Below are positions 8,570-14,446 of a stretch of 25,768 bases of DNA, in pieces (position 1 is the first letter of the stretch; each line of letters starts with the position of its first letter). The stretch is from a virus. Its lineage: Duplodnaviria; Caudoviricetes. Made by a program: the position numbers and the translations under genes. The notes under the pieces are model-generated. The model searched no databases, had not been told where the DNA came from, and worked only from the letters and a program-made list of their open reading frames with translations. Location: positions 1 through 25,768 of the IMG/VR virus record IMGVR_UViG_3300031334_000014; one strand, written 5' to 3'.

Positions 8570-9000
8570 GGAGTGTGTCCCGCCTAACGCTTTCGCGCCG
8601 GTCCACCAGATCTACCCCACGCCGGGCATGCCTCGGAATTAGGAAAGCCCGCCGTCGCGTGATGCGGGGCGGGATGTGTTGAGTGCACTTGATGTAGACT
8701 GATGGACTTCATTACCAGCAATTGCGAGCCTGTGCCGCGCTCAGGAGGTGATGCTGTGGGATCATCTAGGGCCGGGTATCCCACTGGATTACCAATGCCA
8801 GCCTTTTCTGCATCACCGCCAAAGGGCAGTTTAACGTCAGCGCGCTAATGCCTTACTTGCCCGCATTAGTGGGCCAATAGTAACCCGCCGCGAGGCGCAT
8901 CGTTGAGAGGCGGGGCGGGTGTTGTTTTCGGAGTTAGCGGGCTTTCCCCACCTTGGGCACATTGGTTTAGCCTCGAACTTTATAACTGGTGAGTTACAAA
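8570..9000 (-). ncRNA. Candidate structured late-operon leader / ncRNA
   Basis: About 450 nt with no credible ORF, several nested stems and repeated blocks (see findings); family not recognised. Confidence 0.4.
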
Positions 9001-9009
9001 TCGTGTACG

Positions 9010-9043
9010 ATTATCACGTAACGCAAATAATCTACTGTGTCAA
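9010..9043 (-). promoter_or_regulatory. Possible late promoter
   Basis: Minus-strand TTGACA at 9043-9038; the -10 is non-canonical (TACGTG at 17 nt, GATAAT at 21 nt). Confidence 0.35.
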
Positions 9044-9228
9044 GCGGCCTGAGCGTCCCTAACCATCATAGCAATGCAGTGAGCCGCTATCGGGTTTACA
9101 GGAACGTCGCCAGCCTCCCACCTCCGTATGGTGCGCCCCCCGTTGATACCCATTCCCCAAGTTTCGGCCAGGGCGGCGCAGGAGCAGCCCAGCGATTGCC
9201 GAGCTGCTTTAAATTCTTGTCGGGTCAT
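9040..9228 (-). CDS. Small XRE-type HTH regulator (Aca-like)
   Basis: MTRQEFKAARQSLG...LAETWG...RTIRRWEAG..PV is an HTH_3-type pattern; start re-called at ATG 9228 (ATGA coupling). Confidence 0.8.
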   Translation of the reverse strand: MTRQEFKAARQSLGCSCAALAETWGMGINGGRTIRRWEAGDVPVNPIAAHCIAMMVRDAQAA

Positions 9229-9374
9229 GCGTTGGTTTCGTCTGTCCACCAGTCTGTATTTTCCCAAACTTTAATAAATTCGGCTTCATTTTCTACTGCA
9301 TCAGCAATTCGGTCAGCCTCTTTATTGCTGATGTCAAACCGGCCTGCGATGTCGTTAATTTCTGAAGTGTTCAT
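9225..9374 (-). CDS. 49-aa acidic hypothetical protein (not in ORF track)
   Basis: MNTSEINDIAGRFDISNKEADRIADAVENEAEFIKVWENTDWWTDETNA; AAAGGGA RBS; ATGA overlap with the HTH gene; has its own promoter. Confidence 0.75.
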   Translation of the reverse strand: MNTSEINDIAGRFDISNKEADRIADAVENEAEFIKVWENTDWWTDETNA

Positions 9375-9413
9375 TTTTTTCCCTTTGTGGTGGGCTTCAT
9401 TGCCCCTGAATAT

Positions 9414-9442
9414 ACATTAGGGCATTACGCCCTATCACGCAA
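9414..9442 (-). promoter_or_regulatory. Sigma70-type promoter with palindromic operator
   Basis: TTGCGT-N17-TAATGT; inverted repeat TAGGGC-N5-GCCCTA at 9418-9434 fills the spacer. Confidence 0.7.
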
Positions 9443-9466
9443 CACCTAATTTGCACTCCCCCGCAA

Positions 9467-10069
9467 TTATCTCACCATAGCCACGGCCAGCCGATCAAGC
9501 GCCGCCCGTAAATGCGCCATGCCTTGGGACAGGTTCTCACGCTGGTATTGCTTGAGGTGCGCGACTGTCCTGCCCTCACCTACCACCGCCGCCAGAATCG
9601 CCCTGTCGCTCTCGATGATGTGCTTGGACACGGCGAGATAGTCAGACATGCGGTCGATCTGGATGTCAATGTGAGCATCTGGCTTAGACGTGCTGTCAAC
9701 GCGGGTTGCGGCATAGTCGGTCCCCTTGCTGCGTTGCGTTGCCGTCCAAGCGTCCCTTAGAGCCTCGCCAGCCGTAAAGCCTGCGTCGCTGATCCGGCCA
9801 AGTCGATGATAAGTTTCCAGCATATCAACGCGCCGCACGCCCTTCACCCCGTTGGGATTGACGCGCTCACCCGTGTCTGGATCAACATCGCCGCGGGCCT
9901 CAGATACCAGACCAACGCGGTTTGCCTGCCCGGTTGCGCCTTGATCCCACCTTGGCTTGGCCAACGACACATCGCCGCGCTTCTGGGCCTTGATGCAAGT
10001 TCCGTGCTTGAGGCGCATTTTTGACTTTGCGTCTGCCCACTGGGCGGCGGACTCGATTGCTTTGCTCAT
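9467..10069 (-). CDS. Putative late-gene activator/antiterminator (DUF6456 / GafZ-like)
   Basis: LE.YH..GRIS...F.AGE.LR..W motif and a sigma region-4-like C-terminus (LRAALDRLA); Q-like position before the packaging operon; GGAGG RBS. Confidence 0.6.
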   Translation of the reverse strand: MSKAIESAAQWADAKSKMRLKHGTCIKAQKRGDVSLAKPRWDQGATGQANRVGLVSEARGDVDPDTGERVNPNGVKGVRRVDMLETYHRLGRISDAGFTAGEALRDAWTATQRSKGTDYAATRVDSTSKPDAHIDIQIDRMSDYLAVSKHIIESDRAILAAVVGEGRTVAHLKQYQRENLSQGMAHLRAALDRLAVAMVR

Positions 10070-10272
10070 GTTGGCCTCCTTCGCTTGATTTTAGCCCCGC
10101 CACGGGGCTTGATGCTCAATTCGCCGACCAGTGCGCGGTAGGCGTCCAATTCGATCCCCTGCGCGTAGTTTCGATGCCTGTATGCGCTGATGGTTTCGCA
10201 TTGCGCATTGTTCGCCCGCTCCAGTAGGTCGATGCGGTCCATCAGGCGGCGGGTGTTGGGATCAATGTTCAC
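10066..10272 (-). CDS. Hypothetical protein
   Basis: 68 aa, overlaps both neighbours in a coupled chain. Confidence 0.6.
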   Translation of the reverse strand: MNIDPNTRRLMDRIDLLERANNAQCETISAYRHRNYAQGIELDAYRALVGELSIKPRGGAKIKRRRPT

Positions 10273-10402
10273 TGTATCGCACCTTCATCGCTTCCCTGAC
10301 TGCCGCCGCTGGTATTCCTGCCGCCGCCATCTGCGCCGGTGTATCGCCGCGGTGGATCGCAGCGCGGGCCAGCGCTACTTGCGCTTGCTGTTCGGGGGTC
10401 AT
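10262..10402 (-). CDS. Small hypothetical protein (46 aa)
   Basis: Start re-called at ATG 10402 (ATGA overlap, GGGGTGGGG upstream); MTPEQQAQVALARAAI... Confidence 0.55.
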   Translation of the reverse strand: MTPEQQAQVALARAAIHRGDTPAQMAAAGIPAAAVREAMKVRYSEH

Positions 10403-10725
10403 GCCCCACCCCTGACGCTGCGAAACTCCAGATTGTCGGCGGCCTTGATTGACCGATGGATCTGGCAGTGGGCTCGGCAAACATTTTCCTCGTTTCTAAC
10501 CCGCTGCATATGCGCCGCCGCGCCGTGTACGATGGTGCTGTGGTCACGGTAGCCGTAGTGCGCGGCGATGGCTGGGTAGCTGGCGGGTGTCAGGTCGCGG
10601 CAAAGCGCGTATGCCATCTGTCGAGGGTGCGCGAATGCTCTCTCGCGGCAATGGCCGGTTAGGTCTAGCGGGTGCAGCTTGTAATGCTCGGCAACAGCTT
10701 GTGTGATGTCGGCTAGGTGGATCAT
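10399..10725 (-). CDS. Stand-alone DnaA domain IV (Bac_DnaA_C-like) HTH protein
   Basis: I..AVAEHY.L...DL.G..R.R..A.PRQMA..LCR.LT..SYP.IA..YG.RDHSTIVHG closely follows the DnaA C-terminal signature. Confidence 0.85.
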   Translation of the reverse strand: MIHLADITQAVAEHYKLHPLDLTGHCRERAFAHPRQMAYALCRDLTPASYPAIAAHYGYRDHSTIVHGAAAHMQRVRNEENVCRAHCQIHRSIKAADNLEFRSVRGGA

Positions 10726-11081
10726 TCTACCACCACCCAGATCGCTGCGTGGCTCGGACCCGAGTATTCCGCCCTCCCGCGATTTTGCAGGCGATACAGC
10801 GCCTCCGCTACCATCGTGCGGCTCATACCGCCCATCTCGCGGTGCAAGCCAACTATACCAATCGGCCCGTGGTGGCGCAGTGCGGCGAACACCAATTCGT
10901 TCTTGGCGTCGGCATCGCTGGTGTCGCGCAGTGATACCTCCTTGGGGCCGATGCAGCCTGTGGACCGCTTGCCTGCGCCGGGTAGTCCGGGGATCTGCTC
11001 ACCGGCGGCGTTGACGTATCCGTGGATCATAATGCTTTCGAGCCATTGGCCTTCTGCCTGGCTGTATGCTGGGAGGGTCAT
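10722..11081 (-). CDS. Hypothetical protein with a winged-helix-like C-terminus
   Basis: Start re-called at ATG 11081 (GGAG RBS, ATGA overlap); C-terminal VFAALR...MSRTMVAEALYRLQNRGRA. Confidence 0.6.
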   Translation of the reverse strand: MTLPAYSQAEGQWLESIMIHGYVNAAGEQIPGLPGAGKRSTGCIGPKEVSLRDTSDADAKNELVFAALRHHGPIGIVGLHREMGGMSRTMVAEALYRLQNRGRAEYSGPSHAAIWVVVE

Positions 11082-11272
11082 GCCTTGCTCCTGCGGATCT
11101 TCATCGCGTTGCGCTTGACGTTGCTCATTGAGAACGCCTGCTGGCATCCCTCGTTGCGCCGCACGCGCCAGTGATGCTCACCGCGCCAGCTGTCGTCGGT
11201 CAGGTCGATAACGGTTTCAGGTGTCGGGTGCCGTGCAGCCTTGCGGCCCAGAATATCGGATTCATTTGTCAT
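11078..11272 (-). CDS. Hypothetical protein
   Basis: 64 aa with ATGA overlaps at both ends. Confidence 0.55.
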   Translation of the reverse strand: MTNESDILGRKAARHPTPETVIDLTDDSWRGEHHWRVRRNEGCQQAFSMSNVKRNAMKIRRSKA

Positions 11273-12285
11273 GCGATGCCCCCCGCGAACAGGTCTGCGC
11301 CGTGCTGTGCGGCATCCTGCAAGTTCATATCCGCCTGCGCCGCATACTCGGCCTTGAGTTCAAACCCAATATATTTGCGCCGCTGTTTTAGCGCCTCATA
11401 ACCAGTCGATCCAATGCCGTTGAATGGGTCCATCACCACATCGCCGGGGCGGGTGTATAGGCGAAGGCACCGGCGGATAACGTCAAGCTGCAATGGGCAA
11501 ACGTGCTTCTCGTCGTTTGCGCCCTTCGCCTTTCGGAAATTGCGCAGAACATTGCCCTGCTGAATGTTCATCCATACAGGGCTGGCTAGTGCCTGCCATT
11601 CGTCAATGGTAAATTCCGCCTCTTTGACCAGTTCGGCTAAAACATCATCGGGCGGCACGCCAGCGCAAAGGCCTTCGCGAGATAATTCTTCCAGCCACTC
11701 GCGCGCAATCTTTATTGGATTATCATTCTTCCACTTTCCGCCTCCGAGATTGCTCGTATGCTCTATGGGCCTATCGTTCACTGCATTCTTGCGGAAAAAC
11801 AGCATGTAGTCAGGCATCCCCACGCGGTTCATGCTGCTATCCTTGCATATTGTCTTGTGAAGCAGGCCCAGCGCCTTGGTGCGCTGCATCTCTACTACGG
11901 GGTCTTTCCAGATCGTTGCGCGACCATGATAGATCAGTCCCGCCGCCGTGTGCGCGCGGATTAGGTCGCCTGAGAAGTCTTGCAGCCCAATAGCCCCATC
12001 GCGGCCTTTGCGCATGGGTAAGTCTGTGCAGTGAACGCATGCAATGCGACCGGGGCGCAGAACGCGCGTCAACGATTCTGCAAAAAATTTATATTGATTA
12101 ATGAATTTCTCGCCAGTTCCGGCGTTGCCAAGATCGCGTTCGCTGTCGCTGTAAACAAACAGATCCCCGAACGGCGGGGAAAAGATAGAACAATCAACGC
12201 TGTTTTCCGGCATGGCATACATGCCTTCGATGCAATCGCTATTGTGCAACGCCCATCCGTCGCCCTGATATTCTGGCTGTTTCAT
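11269..12285 (-). CDS. Beta-class amino DNA methyltransferase (N4-C/N6-A)
   Basis: Motif IV FSPPF precedes motif I DPFNGIGSTG and GFELK; start at ATG 12285 overlaps the helicase stop. Confidence 0.9.
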   Translation of the reverse strand: MKQPEYQGDGWALHNSDCIEGMYAMPENSVDCSIFSPPFGDLFVYSDSERDLGNAGTGEKFINQYKFFAESLTRVLRPGRIACVHCTDLPMRKGRDGAIGLQDFSGDLIRAHTAAGLIYHGRATIWKDPVVEMQRTKALGLLHKTICKDSSMNRVGMPDYMLFFRKNAVNDRPIEHTSNLGGGKWKNDNPIKIAREWLEELSREGLCAGVPPDDVLAELVKEAEFTIDEWQALASPVWMNIQQGNVLRNFRKAKGANDEKHVCPLQLDVIRRCLRLYTRPGDVVMDPFNGIGSTGYEALKQRRKYIGFELKAEYAAQADMNLQDAAQHGADLFAGGIA

Positions 12286-13667
12286 GCCACTTCTCCCTTG
12301 ATCCATTCTGGAAACGCCAACTCTAGCGGTCGATCATATTTGACGTTTGCTGATGCGGTTGATTGCGCGCGCTTCATTGCATCACTCATGCGGCGCTTCA
12401 TTTCTTCGTGCTTCTCGGCCTTGCCGTGAACAGCCCGCCAAATAGCGGCCTCTGTGTCCGCAATTACAATATCATTTCGCACTTGCTGCGTTTGTCCGAA
12501 ACGATGCGATCTGCGCACGGCCTGATAGTGCTGTTCATATGAAAAGCTGATGCTGGCAAATACCGCGTGCGCGCAGTGTTGCCAGTTGACGCCAAAACCG
12601 GCCAGCTTCGGCTTGGTCACAATCGCCCGATACTCGCCATCGGCAAAGCCCAGTAGGCGGCGCTCCTTTTCTTCTGGCCTTTGATCTCCGCGCACCTCTA
12701 CCGCACCATCAATCATACTCGTGAGAAGCGCGCTTTCGTCGTTTGTCTCGCACCATATAGTCACCGGATCGCCGTGATTTGCCAATTGTGCGGCGCGTTC
12801 AACTCGCTGCAATAGCGTCAGCTTTTTCTCCTTATGAAAGCTAGTGGCGCTCAATTCAGGGATGCGAAACAGCATATCCTGTTCTGCATCTTGGCTACGA
12901 TCCGCTTCGACCTGGTGCAGCTTGCGGTCGATCTCCGGCAGGACATATCCGGTATCATCGCCTCCTAGATCACTGGGGAGTGTGGCGCATCGGCTCCAGC
13001 TTGCAACCCATGACCAGAAGTCATCAGTCGCGTGACCTTTCAGCCTCCAGTCCTGGCTTGCCGTGCTGGTGTCGTTGATAAACCACTTGGATAGCATTTC
13101 CTGCTGGCGCATGACGCCCAGAAATTCAGCGTGGTTGCCAAGTTCCATATGATCGTTAGGGCTAGGCGTAGCTGTCGCGGCTAGCTTGAAATGCACGTCC
13201 TTAAATGCGTCCATAAGCATGTTGCGAGTGCGCCCTGCAAATGATTTAAGAATGCTGCTTTCATCCAAGACGATGCCCCCGAACGATGACGGGTCTAGCT
13301 TTGGAAGCCGCTCATAGTTTGCTACCATGATCCCATCGCCAACTTCTGACTGCTCGCGGATTTGGCGAGCGTCGATGCCAAACTTCTGCCCTTCGCGGAT
13401 CATCTGCCCGGCCACGGCAAGCGGCGTCAATATCAAAACAGGCTTGCCGGTTTCCTCGGATACCTGCCGCGCCCACTCCAATTCGCAAAGGCTCTTGCCA
13501 AGGCCAGTGTCGAGAAAATGCGCGGCCTTGCCAGCGTCAAGCGCAAATTCAACCGCCTTGGTTTGGTGTAGCTTCATCTTGCCATTCATGGGCATAGGCG
13601 CCATGCCAAACTTTTGATCGACTGCGGCCTTTCCTGCTATGAAATCTCGGTATTCTTGAATGCTCAT
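12282..13667 (-). CDS. SNF2-like SF2 helicase/ATPase
   Basis: DTGLGKS, LDESS, TATPSPN, GFGVNWQ and QAVRRSHRFGQ motifs; start re-called at ATG 13667 (AGGAG). Confidence 0.9.
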   Translation of the reverse strand: MSIQEYRDFIAGKAAVDQKFGMAPMPMNGKMKLHQTKAVEFALDAGKAAHFLDTGLGKSLCELEWARQVSEETGKPVLILTPLAVAGQMIREGQKFGIDARQIREQSEVGDGIMVANYERLPKLDPSSFGGIVLDESSILKSFAGRTRNMLMDAFKDVHFKLAATATPSPNDHMELGNHAEFLGVMRQQEMLSKWFINDTSTASQDWRLKGHATDDFWSWVASWSRCATLPSDLGGDDTGYVLPEIDRKLHQVEADRSQDAEQDMLFRIPELSATSFHKEKKLTLLQRVERAAQLANHGDPVTIWCETNDESALLTSMIDGAVEVRGDQRPEEKERRLLGFADGEYRAIVTKPKLAGFGVNWQHCAHAVFASISFSYEQHYQAVRRSHRFGQTQQVRNDIVIADTEAAIWRAVHGKAEKHEEMKRRMSDAMKRAQSTASANVKYDRPLELAFPEWIKGEVA

Positions 13668-13782
13668 TGTTTTGCTCCTGTCCCCATGGGTTGTTGGTGC
13701 GCGGCGGTGCAGGGGGAGAGGCTGCATGTTCGTGGATCAGACTAGCCGCGCATTGGTAGGTTTGCCGATTTATCAGCAGTGG

Positions 13783-14034
13783 TCAAGCGATACGTCTAAT
13801 TGTAGCCAGCAATGGCGCAGGTGCTTGGCGTGTTTGAAACACCGCGTCACCCTTGCATCTACCAACAAGACTTCGCAGGCGTTGCAGCGGCATCTCTCTT
13901 CCTGATGCGTCAAGAAACGCCTCAACATTAAAAAAATCTCCTACCTCGATTTTACTTAACACCGCAGCCACAGCGCTGATGGACGTGTAGGGGCGATGGT
14001 TTGGGTGGAAGTGCTTTGTCGGGTCGATAATCAT
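13783..14034 (-). CDS. Hypothetical protein (possible small DNA-binding protein)
   Basis: Start re-called at ATG 14034 after AAAGGA; upstream TTGACG-N17-TATTTA promoter-like sequence. Confidence 0.6.
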   Translation of the reverse strand: MIIDPTKHFHPNHRPYTSISAVAAVLSKIEVGDFFNVEAFLDASGREMPLQRLRSLVGRCKGDAVFQTRQAPAPLLATIRRIA

Positions 14035-14099
14035 GGGCATTCCTTTCGCTGATATAATATTTATATTAAATATCACAAGATAGAAACAACGTCAAGATA

Positions 14100-14446
14100 A
14101 AAAATACTTACTGGCGTGAATCAAGGGTTTTTAAGATCAATAATGCCTAGCAACTATGCATATTAGCTACTATCCGTCTAAGTCTTTGATTTGTATTACA
14201 AATAACCGATATACATATACAGTATACACTACTGTGAATTTAATTTCAAAAAATTGTCTCTTAGATGGTCTCTTAAAAAAAGAGTAAGGGGGGGGGGTCT
14301 TGCGCTAATCATCAAGTCAAAAAAAACCCCCATTCTGAAAAAACAGAAGGGGGGGGGGGTAAAATCTGCTATCCGTTTTTAATTAATGTTTTCAGGGGGT
14401 TGGAGCGGATAGTCATGTTATCGGCTGCTGCTATCTGCTATCCGTT
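14100..14446. other. Putative phage replication origin
   Basis: AT-rich non-coding block next to the primase 3' end; CTATCCG repeats; IHF-consensus match (AATCAAAGACTTA, minus, 14179-14191); two poly-G tracts. Confidence 0.6.
14364..14446. repeat. Iteron-like repeats
   Basis: ATCTGCTATCCGTT at 14364-14377 and 14433-14446; inverted core CGGATAG at 14406-14412; another CTATCCG at 14170-14176. Confidence 0.65.

Noticed and set aside
8578-8630. Twister-ribozyme-like start (CCGCCTAAC...GCCGGTCC)
   Set aside because: The required downstream pairing and pseudoknot partners could not be found.
1297-8803. Shared 11-mer CAATGCCAGCC in the capsid terminator and the late leader
   Set aside because: Dozens of 11-mer matches are expected by chance in 26 kb.
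8570-9030. tRNA gene
   Set aside because: No cloverleaf; the single GTTCGA has no matching T-stem or acceptor stem.
9037-9420. 127-aa plus-strand ORF
   Set aside because: Antisense to two better-supported coupled minus-strand genes that have a promoter and RBS.
14273-14287. CtrA-box-like TTAA-N7-GTAA
   Set aside because: One mismatch within an AT-rich tract; not distinguishable from chance.
14100-14446. CRISPR or mini-array
   Set aside because: Repeats are short, irregularly spaced and in mixed orientation.
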